Source of the DNA: an uncultured Erysipelotrichaceae bacterium
GTDB lineage: Bacteria; Bacillota_I; Bacilli_A; Erysipelotrichales; Erysipelotrichaceae
DNA length: 32,000 nt
NCBI GenBank assembly: GCA_942492995.1
Contig: OW818653.1
Coordinates: 420,001 to 452,000 of the forward strand
Direction of reading: 5' to 3'
The notes beneath the pieces were generated by a model. The model ran no database searches. It was not told where the DNA came from and saw only the letters and a program-made list of their open reading frames with translations. The translations under genes were made by a program, and so were the position numbers. Of the stretch, positions 19,393-26,447 are shown piece after piece; within the stretch, counting starts at the first letter, position 1; each line of letters opens with the position of its first letter.

Positions 19393-19687
19393 AGAAATAA
19401 AAGTTTTACTTTGCAAGCAAGAGAATAAAGATTGTTTAATATTTAATATTACAGAAACTGAAAAAATATGTATAGATTTAAATTCTGATGACCAAGCAAA
19501 TCTCAAGAAATTATTTTATGATCTTATTAAAATAATGTTTGATACAAATATTATCTTAGAATTAGACTATGAAGAAGGTTATGATAAAAGTAATATTTTT
19601 GCCAATATAGCTGATGAATATATAAATGCTCTAAAAGCTGAACTTATAACTGTTAGAGGGATACTACCCAAAAAAATTATTGAATAA
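19382..19687 (+). CDS. Small acidic hypothetical protein (cassette gene C)
   Basis: SD AGGAG at 19371-19375, 6 nt before the ATG. Overlaps gene B by 11 nt. 101 aa with 20 D/E versus 13 K/R by my count. No family recognised. Confidence 0.55.
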   Translation: MENREIKVLLCKQENKDCLIFNITETEKICIDLNSDDQANLKKLFYDLIKIMFDTNIILELDYEEGYDKSNIFANIADEYINALKAELITVRGILPKKIIE

Positions 19688-19723
19688 AACAATAAAGTAA
19701 ACTAAGTTTTAAAATATTTAATT

Positions 19724-19914
19724 AATTCATTTCGGATGAGGAATGAACTCATGGATGAGGTTAAAACAAGTAGACAACAAGAAATGAAAGGGGGTATGAA
19801 TATTATGAGTAAAATAGTATTTGCATTGAAGTGTATTAAGTTTAGTGGGTTTAGCATAGGTGTTGCCCCGTTTGGAGTCAACTTTATTGTTGATTCCTCA
19901 TCCGAAGTGAATTA
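19724..19914. repeat. Long-range imperfect inverted repeat (21 nt arms, 149-nt spacer)
   Basis: Left arm AATTCATTTCGGATGAGGAAT (19724-19744). Right arm ATTCCTCATCCGAAGTGAATT (19894-19914). 20 of 21 positions are complementary, and the single mismatch would be a G-U pair in RNA. A second GGATGAGG copy lies at 19754-19761. Confidence 0.85.
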
Positions 19915-19916
19915 GT
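19806..19916 (+). CDS. Unannotated small ORF, 36-aa hydrophobic peptide (MSKIVFALKCIKFSGFSIGVAPFGVNFIVDSSSEVN)
   Basis: Hand-translated; too short for the ORF track. G-rich SD AAAGGGGG at 19788-19795, 10 nt before the ATG at 19806. In-frame upstream ATGs at 19785 and 19797 are also possible starts. Hydrophobic core with a polar/acidic tail. Stop TAG at 19914-19916 lies in the right arm of the inverted repeat. Confidence 0.3.
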
Positions 19917-20004
19917 AATATTGCAATTTTAATTAACTTATTTTATTATATCGAAGGGATTAGATTAACTCCAACAATCATCAAGAAGAATTATGGCAAG
20001 TAAG

Positions 20005-20035
20005 AACTCGTATTATATACGAGTTTTTATTTTAT
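20005..20035 (+). terminator. Rho-independent terminator
   Basis: AACTCGTAT (20005-20013), loop TAT, ATACGAGTT (20017-20025): a perfect 9-bp stem followed by TTTATTTTAT. First convincing terminator downstream of the cassette and small ORF. Confidence 0.65.
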
Positions 20036-20049
20036 CTAGATAACATTCC

Positions 20050-20078
20050 TTCGTTTTTATCATTGGTTTCGTTATAAT
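20050..20078 (+). promoter_or_regulatory. Putative sigma-A promoter for the mrp/apbC gene
   Basis: Perfect -10 TATAAT at 20073-20078. Weak -35 TTCGTT at 20050-20055 with a 17-nt spacer. SD GGAG at 20088-20091. Confidence 0.4.
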
Positions 20079-20099
20079 AGAAACGCTAGGAGATTTAGT

Positions 20100-20891
20100 A
20101 TGACAAATCAAAAGTTAGACCCAAAGTTTAATCCATTTAAACCAAGAGCTAAAAAAGAAACAAAGATAAAGAAGATGGTAGCGGTAGTGAGTGGTAAAGG
20201 TGGTGTTGGTAAATCAACGGTTTCAGCACTTTTGGCAACACATGCGCAAAGAGCAGGGTATCAAACAGGTGTAATTGATGGAGATATTATTGGTCCATCA
20301 ATGGGACATCTATTCAATATACATCAGCCATTATTTGGGGATGAAAGTGGTATAGAACCAGCTGTGACAGAAACAGGTATTAAACTTGTGACTTCGAATA
20401 TGTTGGTCAAAGATGAAAATACACCAATCTTATGGAGAGGTGCATTAATTACTAAAGCAGTTACTGATTTCTGGACTGAAGTAAATTGGGAAGAGTTGGA
20501 TCTAATGGTTCTGGATATGCCTCCAGGAACAGGGGATATCGCGATGACTGTATTCCAGAGTTTACCTATAACTGGAATTGTGATTGTGACGAGTCCTCAA
20601 GACTTAGTAAGTATGATTGTGTCAAAGGCAGTAGAAATGGCGCATAAGATGAATGTTCCAATTATTGGGATTATCGAAAACTTTAGTTATTTCGTATGTG
20701 ATGAATGTGATAAAGTTCATTATCCATTTGGGACGAGTAAAGGTAAATCCATTGCGGATAAGTATAATATTCCATTATTAGGTCAATTACCGATTAATCC
20801 ATTGATCAATGAATTAGCGGATCAAGGAAGAATTGAAGAGATTGAAAGTGAAGATTTTACATGGTTAGTCGAAACGATTATGGAAGCATAA
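20100..20891 (+). CDS. Mrp/NBP35 (ApbC) family Fe-S cluster carrier ATPase
   Basis: Deviant Walker A VVSGKGGVGKST, LVLDMPPGTGD, and FVCDECDKVHYPFG (CxxC cluster-ligand motif). Confidence 0.88.
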   Translation: MTNQKLDPKFNPFKPRAKKETKIKKMVAVVSGKGGVGKSTVSALLATHAQRAGYQTGVIDGDIIGPSMGHLFNIHQPLFGDESGIEPAVTETGIKLVTSNMLVKDENTPILWRGALITKAVTDFWTEVNWEELDLMVLDMPPGTGDIAMTVFQSLPITGIVIVTSPQDLVSMIVSKAVEMAHKMNVPIIGIIENFSYFVCDECDKVHYPFGTSKGKSIADKYNIPLLGQLPINPLINELADQGRIEEIESEDFTWLVETIMEA

Positions 20892-20901
20892 TCGTTTTTC
20901 T

Positions 20902-20935
20902 TTTCAAAGTGTGATAAATTTGGTAATATGATAAT
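20902..20935 (+). promoter_or_regulatory. Putative promoter with TG-extended -10 upstream of cysE
   Basis: TGgTAATAT at 20921-20929 (an alternative GATAAT at 20930-20935). TTTCAA at 20902-20907 as a weak -35. SD AGAGGAA at 20941-20947. Confidence 0.35.
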
Positions 20936-20950
20936 CCTGAAGAGGAAACT

Positions 20951-21454
20951 ATGTTCGATACTGCAAAGTCTATTTTAAAACGTGATCCTGCCACTAAATC
21001 TCTATTAGAGGTTATTTTATTGTATCCAGGGTATCATGCGATTCTATATCATCGCATTGCGCATTTCTTTTATAAGATTCATTTATTCTTTATTGCTCGT
21101 TTAATTAGCCAAATTAATCGCTTCTTTACAGGGGTTGAAATACATCCTGGTGCTACCATTGGTAAACGATTATTCATTGACCATGGAATGGGAATTGTGA
21201 TTGGTGAAACTGCTATTATCGGAGATGATTGTTTAATCTATCATCAAGTAACGCTTGGTGGTATGAGCAACAAACACGAGAAAAGACACCCTACGTTGGG
21301 AAACAATGTGATGGTTGGGACAGGAGCTAAAATCCTAGGAAACATCCATATCGGCGATTACGCAAAGATTGGGGCAAATTGTATCGTTATCCATGATGTC
21401 GAAGCTGGAAAGACTGTAGTTGGTATTCCAGGCGAAGTATTGGTGAAAAAGTAA
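20951..21454 (+). CDS. cysE: Serine O-acetyltransferase (short form)
   Basis: [110 protein letters not shown] (left-handed beta-helix hexapeptide repeats). Confidence 0.88.
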   Translation: MFDTAKSILKRDPATKSLLEVILLYPGYHAILYHRIAHFFYKIHLFFIARLISQINRFFTGVEIHPGATIGKRLFIDHGMGIVIGETAIIGDDCLIYHQVTLGGMSNKHEKRHPTLGNNVMVGTGAKILGNIHIGDYAKIGANCIVIHDVEAGKTVVGIPGEVLVKK

Positions 21455-21457
21455 GTG

Positions 21458-21483
21458 AACGTCTTGAAAGACGTTTTATTTAT
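21458..21483 (+). terminator. Rho-independent terminator after cysE
   Basis: AACGTCT (21458-21464), loop TGAA, AGACGTT (21469-21475), then a T-rich tail TTTATTTAT. Confidence 0.6.
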
Positions 21484-21511
21484 GTTAAACTTCAAATAAG
21501 GTGAAAAAAAT

Positions 21512-22336
21512 ATGATATCTTTTCCAATGAATAGTGTACTAATAATTAATGCGGTCGTATTAACACTTATTGTAATCTCATTACTCGTAGGATACTTTAC
21601 AGGCTTTATTAAACAATTCTTTGATCTAATAATACTTATCATTAGCTTATTTCTAGCATTTGTCACATCGACATCCATCGCATCTACAGTCCCTATATTA
21701 AGTCGTAACCTAGATATGTTTGATGATGTTATATTTGGACAATTCAGTTATGAAATAAGCAATATCTTTATTTGGTTTATTATCGTAGTAATACTTGTTA
21801 GTGTTGTATTACACCAAATCGTAAAACCATTAGTTAAACAAGTAAAACACTTAAAATGGATGAACCAAGTTGATAAAGTACTTGGGCTAGTAATTGCGCT
21901 AATCCCAAATATGATCTGGTTCTTACTCGCAATGGCAGTCGCATTAAGTCCAATCTTCATTAATGGTAAATCAACCTTAGAAGCTACTGTACTTAAACCG
22001 CTTGTTCCTATCGCACAATACTTATCCGATACACTTATCTCAAAAGTAGATCCATATGGATTAGTTGTGAAGGTTACATCTAATGAAGAATTAACCGATG
22101 AAGATAAAGAGAATATACCTGTATGGTTAGAAGAATTTGGCATACCAGAAGATAAAGTCGAAATCGTAGAGAAGTTTATTCAAGAAGAAGAATTTACAGA
22201 ATCAGATAAATCCGTTATCCAAGAATACATTAGTGATAACGAAATTACAGAAACATCTGCACGTTTATTCTTAGAACAATTTGGATTAACCCAAGAAGAA
22301 ATCGATGCGAGTATAAAATTATTTAGTTTCCAATAA
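21512..22336 (+). CDS. CvpA-family membrane protein with an acidic C-terminal extension
   Basis: N-terminal half has about 4 TM segments with the CvpA-like opening (NAVVLTLIVISLLVGYFTGFIKQFFDLIILIISLFLAF). The C-terminal ~90 aa is highly acidic. Confidence 0.55.
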   Translation: MISFPMNSVLIINAVVLTLIVISLLVGYFTGFIKQFFDLIILIISLFLAFVTSTSIASTVPILSRNLDMFDDVIFGQFSYEISNIFIWFIIVVILVSVVLHQIVKPLVKQVKHLKWMNQVDKVLGLVIALIPNMIWFLLAMAVALSPIFINGKSTLEATVLKPLVPIAQYLSDTLISKVDPYGLVVKVTSNEELTDEDKENIPVWLEEFGIPEDKVEIVEKFIQEEEFTESDKSVIQEYISDNEITETSARLFLEQFGLTQEEIDASIKLFSFQ

Positions 22337-22346
22337 AGTTAACATT

Positions 22347-22376
22347 AACCGATAGAAATATCGGTTTTTGTTTATT
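22347..22376 (+). terminator. Rho-independent terminator
   Basis: AACCGATA (22347-22354), loop GAAA, TATCGGTT (22359-22366), then TTTGTTTATTT. Confidence 0.7.
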
Positions 22377-22525
22377 TATAATACATATCATGTATGTGAC
22401 TAAACCTATAATATGCATTATAAAAATAGTTTTCATTATCGTTAGAAATCGATTGTTTATACGAAAAATGTATGATAACTTATAAACATTATATATGTAC
22501 TAAATATTACCGGGGGGTAAAAAAT

Positions 22526-22975
22526 ATGAGTCAACGTGAATCGTATAATGATCACATTAATGGAATACATGAATCATTGGAATTAGGTAAAGAATATGAG
22601 ATGTTAGTAACTAATTCGAGCATGACTCCATTGTTTAATCCATATGATACAAAGATTCGTATAAGTGCTATAAACGCGAAATATAAGTTAAATTATGGGG
22701 CTATTGTATTATACTCTCGTGTCTCACAAAGTGTTTCTATTCGTCGTATTGTACGCGTAGGAAACCACACGATCGATGTAAGAGGTATCTTACAAAGACA
22801 TGTGGAATCGAAGTTACCTAAGAGTGGTGTTATTGGAGTTGTAAGTGCATATACAGTAAACGGGCATTGGGTTAAAACGAATTCAATTGTACATATCGTA
22901 CTTTGTAGTACACTTGTCTTCTATTCTTTCTTCTATCGAATCTATCGAAATTTACTAAAACAAATACAGTATTAA
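22526..22975 (+). CDS. Hypothetical protein, possible S24/S26 (LexA/signal-peptidase-like) fold with a C-terminal TM helix
   Basis: SD GGGGGG at 22512-22517 favours the ATG at 22526 over the ORF-track start at 22472. NSSMTPLF resembles the (G/S)xSMxP nucleophile motif, and GAIVLYSR...SIRRIVRV resembles the GDIIvf...HRIv strand pair. C-terminal helix IVHIVLCSTLVFYSFFY. Confidence 0.35.
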   Translation: MSQRESYNDHINGIHESLELGKEYEMLVTNSSMTPLFNPYDTKIRISAINAKYKLNYGAIVLYSRVSQSVSIRRIVRVGNHTIDVRGILQRHVESKLPKSGVIGVVSAYTVNGHWVKTNSIVHIVLCSTLVFYSFFYRIYRNLLKQIQY

Positions 22976-22999
22976 AAAAAGACAGATTTCTGTCTTTTT
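22974..22999. terminator. Bidirectional rho-independent terminator between convergent genes
   Basis: AAAAAGACAG (22976-22985), loop ATTT, CTGTCTTTTT (22990-22999). A-run on the left and T-run on the right serve both strands. Overlaps the stop codons of both convergent CDSs. Confidence 0.7.
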
Positions 23000-23600
23000 A
23001 ACTACGTTGTTTATTCTGACTAACCTTCAACAACTCATTATTGGTAAAGCCTCTGTTCTGCCATAAACGTGTACTCATATGGGCATCAACACATAAAGTC
23101 ATTAAATCATCAAATGCATCACGTGATACCGTACAACCAAATTCATTTAATTGATCCGGAATTTCTTCTAGATTAAACGAATCCTTTAAGAAGTAAGTAA
23201 GATAATCAATGAAACTTAATATGCCAACTTGATCACCTTTAACATGTTTAATAATAAACTGTTTGAGTGCTTTTAAAGCGGTTGTTTCTTCTTGGTATAA
23301 ATCTTCTTTATTTTTAAGTAATTCTTTCTTACTCGGTTGATAATATGGCATATCTTCTTGAAGCTCAATCAAATCAAGATATTCCATTTCTTCTAAGAAT
23401 ATCTCTAACATAAAGTATTCATTGACTAGAAACATCTGATTCGACTCCAATACTTCAAACTTTAACAATGGATAGAGTGTTGCGGGAATTAAATCTGTCT
23501 TTTCATAATGATTCAATATGTCACAGGCATCATCAATCGCAATCACACCATAAAGATTAATCATCGCAACTAAATCATCATGGATGTGTTTGATATTCAT
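22998..23600 (-). CDS. Hypothetical acidic protein, translationally coupled to purA
   Basis: 200-aa ORF whose ATG overlaps the purA stop (4-nt ATGA overlap at 23597-23600). No recognisable motif. Confidence 0.55.
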   Translation of the reverse strand: MNIKHIHDDLVAMINLYGVIAIDDACDILNHYEKTDLIPATLYPLLKFEVLESNQMFLVNEYFMLEIFLEEMEYLDLIELQEDMPYYQPSKKELLKNKEDLYQEETTALKALKQFIIKHVKGDQVGILSFIDYLTYFLKDSFNLEEIPDQLNEFGCTVSRDAFDDLMTLCVDAHMSTRLWQNRGFTNNELLKVSQNKQRS

Positions 23601-24883
23601 ACTAATTTTGAACTTCTGTGAAGAATCTGTTCACGCTTAGGACCATTCGATACAAGAGTAATTGGTACATTAATCATACGCTCAATCTCATCCACATAAT
23701 GTTTACAATTCTCAGGCAATTCATCGTAATTACGAATGTGTGAAATATCAGACATCCAACCCGGTAATGTTTCAAGAATAGGGGTACTGTTATCTAAACG
23801 AGTAATGTTAGGGAAATGATCACGACGTTTACCTTCGGTTTCATACGCAACACAAACCGGAATTTGTTCTAAGTAACCTAATACATCTAAATTCGTTAAG
23901 ACTAAGTGTGTTGCGCCTTGAACTTGACATCCATAACGTGTCGCCACAACATCAAACCAACCCATACGACGAGGACGTCCAGTCGTTGCGCCAAATTCAC
24001 CGGCATCGCCACCTCTTAAACGTAACTCTTGTGCAATATCACCGAAGATCTCACTCACGAATGGACCCGCTCCAACGCTGCTAGAATAGGCTTTCGTAAC
24101 GGCGTATACTTCATCAATTGAATGAGGTAAACCAGCGCCTATCGGCCCATAAAACGCTAAGGTAGAACTTGACGTAGAATATGGATAGATTCCAAAGTCA
24201 GGATCACGTAAAGCACCTAATTGTCCCTCAAGAAGGATTTGTTTCTTATCATCCATCGCTGTTTGAAAGAACTTCACTGTATCATGAACAAACGGAGAAA
24301 TTAATGTACGATATTCCATTAACTCATTAAAGATATCTTCTTTTTTTAATGGTTCTACATGATACAAATGTTCCATCAATATATTTTTAGCCGGTAAGAT
24401 ACGATCTAACTTCTCACTGACCCAAGTTTCATCAAATAATTCTGAAATCTGAAATCCAATCTTCGCATACTTATCTGAATAGAACGGCGCAATCCCACTC
24501 TTCGTCGAACCAAACTGTGCTTTACCTAAACGTTCTTCCTCTAACTTATCGAAAAGAACATGATAACTCATCACAATCTGAGCACGATCTGAAACAATTA
24601 ACTTCGGCATTGGTACACCTTTTTCAACTAATTGATTCAATTCCTTAATAAACGCAGGAATATTAAGCGCAACCCCATTCCCAATTACATTAATAATATG
24701 GTCATAGAAAACACCAGAAGGCAACATATGTAAAGCAAACTTCCCATAATCATTAATAATGGTATGACCCGCATTATTACCACCTTGAAAGCGTACTACG
24801 ATATCCGACTCCTTCGCAAAGACATCGGTTAATTTACCTTTACCCTCATCACCCCAGTTAGCACCAACTACAGCTTTAATCAT
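23597..24883 (-). CDS. purA: Adenylosuccinate synthetase
   Basis: VVGANWGDEGKGK P-loop, FQGGNNAGHT, GTTGRPRRMGWFD, VSNGPKREQ. SD AAGGAGA (complement of 24889-24895). Confidence 0.95.
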   Translation of the reverse strand: MIKAVVGANWGDEGKGKLTDVFAKESDIVVRFQGGNNAGHTIINDYGKFALHMLPSGVFYDHIINVIGNGVALNIPAFIKELNQLVEKGVPMPKLIVSDRAQIVMSYHVLFDKLEEERLGKAQFGSTKSGIAPFYSDKYAKIGFQISELFDETWVSEKLDRILPAKNILMEHLYHVEPLKKEDIFNELMEYRTLISPFVHDTVKFFQTAMDDKKQILLEGQLGALRDPDFGIYPYSTSSSTLAFYGPIGAGLPHSIDEVYAVTKAYSSSVGAGPFVSEIFGDIAQELRLRGGDAGEFGATTGRPRRMGWFDVVATRYGCQVQGATHLVLTNLDVLGYLEQIPVCVAYETEGKRRDHFPNITRLDNSTPILETLPGWMSDISHIRNYDELPENCKHYVDEIERMINVPITLVSNGPKREQILHRSSKLV

Positions 24884-24896
24884 GTTTTTCTCCTTT

Positions 24897-24928
24897 AAAA
24901 TAAAATAGAACAGCTGTGTGCTGTTCTA
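24897..24928 (-). terminator. Rho-independent terminator downstream of the FAD-protein gene
   Basis: On the - strand: TAGAACAGC, loop ACACA, GCTGTTCTA (plus-strand coordinates 24906-24928), followed by TTTTATTTT (24897-24905). Confidence 0.65.
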
Positions 24929-24953
24929 GATTACACTTATAAAACTATCAAAT

Positions 24954-26351
24954 CTACACCGTTTTGTCAATCGAATCTAACTTCTTTAAGTAACTATCCG
25001 CAACATACAATCCATGTGCTGCAGCTTGTGATAATGAACGCGTAAATCCAGCCCCATCCCCAATCGCATAACAATTCGTATATCCATTTAATTCGAAATT
25101 CGTCGTATCCGGACGTGCTGAATAATATTTACACTCAACCCCATAGAGAAGGGTATCCATATTCGCTGTACCTGGCGCTACTTTATCCAACGCAAACAAT
25201 GTTTCAATAATATTGTCTAACTGACGTTTAGGCATACATAAGGATAAATCTCCCGCTACAGCTTTTAATGTCGGCTGAACGGTATTCGCTTTTAAACGCT
25301 TCTCATCTGTTCTACGTCCTTGTAATAAATCACCCAAACGTTGAACTAAAACAGAACCACCACTTATAAGATTACCCAAATGTGCGACATGACGTGCATA
25401 ATCAATCGGATCATTAAATGGTGTTGTGAACTTAATCGTACTCAATAACGCAAAATTCGAGTTATCGGTCTTCTTATCTTCTTCTTTGAAGGAATGACCA
25501 TTAACGGTAATAATATCATTCGTATTCTCCATTACCACATGTCCTCTTTCATTGAAACAGAACATACGCGTAATATCCCCATACTTATGACTTCTAAACC
25601 AAATCTTTGGTTCATAAATCACTTCTGAGAAATGTTTCCAAACCGCGTACGGTAATTCAACACGAACCCCAATATCCACTTGGTTATTGATCAAAGGAAT
25701 CTTATTGTTCGTACACCACTTACTAAAGAAACGACTTCCCGCACGACCTACTGCGAAGATAACCGCATCACCTTGAATCTGAAGAGTTTCTTTCTTATTA
25801 ATATATGTAACGATTTTATTTGTACCATCCGCATCAATCACATCCGCATTGGTAATAATTTCTATTTTATCTCTTAATGAATGAATTAAATCCATCATTG
25901 TTTTATAATTCGCATCCGTACCCAAATGTTTAACTTGAGCTTGTTGCATGTGTAAATCATGTTTTAAACAAAGTGTTTTCAACGAATCAGAAGGTTGGTA
26001 CCGATCGGTTGTCGCACCATGTGCCACAAGAATTTGATCCGCTTGTTCAATATACTTAATAACGGTAGATTGAGGTAAGAAATCCGTTAACCAGCCACCA
26101 TATTCCGTTGAAATAATATACTTTCCATCTGAATACGCACCAGCTCCCGCTAATCCTTCCATAATTCCACACGAAGGACAATTAATACACGTCGGAACTT
26201 TACCCTCAATAATCGGACAAAGACGACGGGTAATATCATGACCCTTTTCCAATAACGTAATCTTTAAATCAGGCTTCTGCTCAGACAAACGATACGCTGC
26301 CATAAGACCACTAATCCCACCACCAACAATGACTACATCAACTTTTCTCAT
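24954..26351 (-). CDS. FAD-dependent protein (COG2509-type NAD(P)/FAD-dependent oxidoreductase)
   Basis: N-terminal dinucleotide-binding motif VDVVIVGGGISGLMAAYRL, CxxC-containing insertion (CINCPSCGIMEG), C-terminal YAIGDGAGFTRSLSQAAAHG. Confidence 0.75.
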   Translation of the reverse strand: MRKVDVVIVGGGISGLMAAYRLSEQKPDLKITLLEKGHDITRRLCPIIEGKVPTCINCPSCGIMEGLAGAGAYSDGKYIISTEYGGWLTDFLPQSTVIKYIEQADQILVAHGATTDRYQPSDSLKTLCLKHDLHMQQAQVKHLGTDANYKTMMDLIHSLRDKIEIITNADVIDADGTNKIVTYINKKETLQIQGDAVIFAVGRAGSRFFSKWCTNNKIPLINNQVDIGVRVELPYAVWKHFSEVIYEPKIWFRSHKYGDITRMFCFNERGHVVMENTNDIITVNGHSFKEEDKKTDNSNFALLSTIKFTTPFNDPIDYARHVAHLGNLISGGSVLVQRLGDLLQGRRTDEKRLKANTVQPTLKAVAGDLSLCMPKRQLDNIIETLFALDKVAPGTANMDTLLYGVECKYYSARPDTTNFELNGYTNCYAIGDGAGFTRSLSQAAAHGLYVADSYLKKLDSIDKTV

Positions 26352-26412
26352 CGTTATCCTCCTTAAATCCAGTCATAGTTTACATTATTAGATACACAAG
26401 TTCAATGATTAT

Positions 26413-26441
26413 TTGACAAGCACCCTAAAACTCACGATAAT
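26413..26441 (+). promoter_or_regulatory. Near-consensus sigma-A promoter of the osmC-ktrB-ktrA unit
   Basis: TTGACA (26413-26418), 17-nt spacer, GATAAT (26436-26441). The ATG of osmC begins at 26448, 7 nt after the -10. Confidence 0.65.
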
Positions 26442-26447
26442 ACTCAT

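Noticed and set aside
19690-20040. Known structured RNA (6S RNA, SRP RNA, riboswitch, retron msr/msd) as an explanation of the inverted repeat region.
   Set aside because: I could not match any conserved core motif of these families by eye. No reverse transcriptase gene is nearby for a retron. The region has no downstream gene arranged for riboswitch control, because a terminator and a separate promoter precede mrp. This remains formally untested without an Infernal/Rfam scan.
16264-20099. Direct repeats or att-like sites flanking the orphan cassette.
   Set aside because: Only short AT-rich matches (7-mers such as ATTTCGG at about 16311 and 19729) were found. These are not distinguishable from chance, so no insertion boundaries can be claimed.
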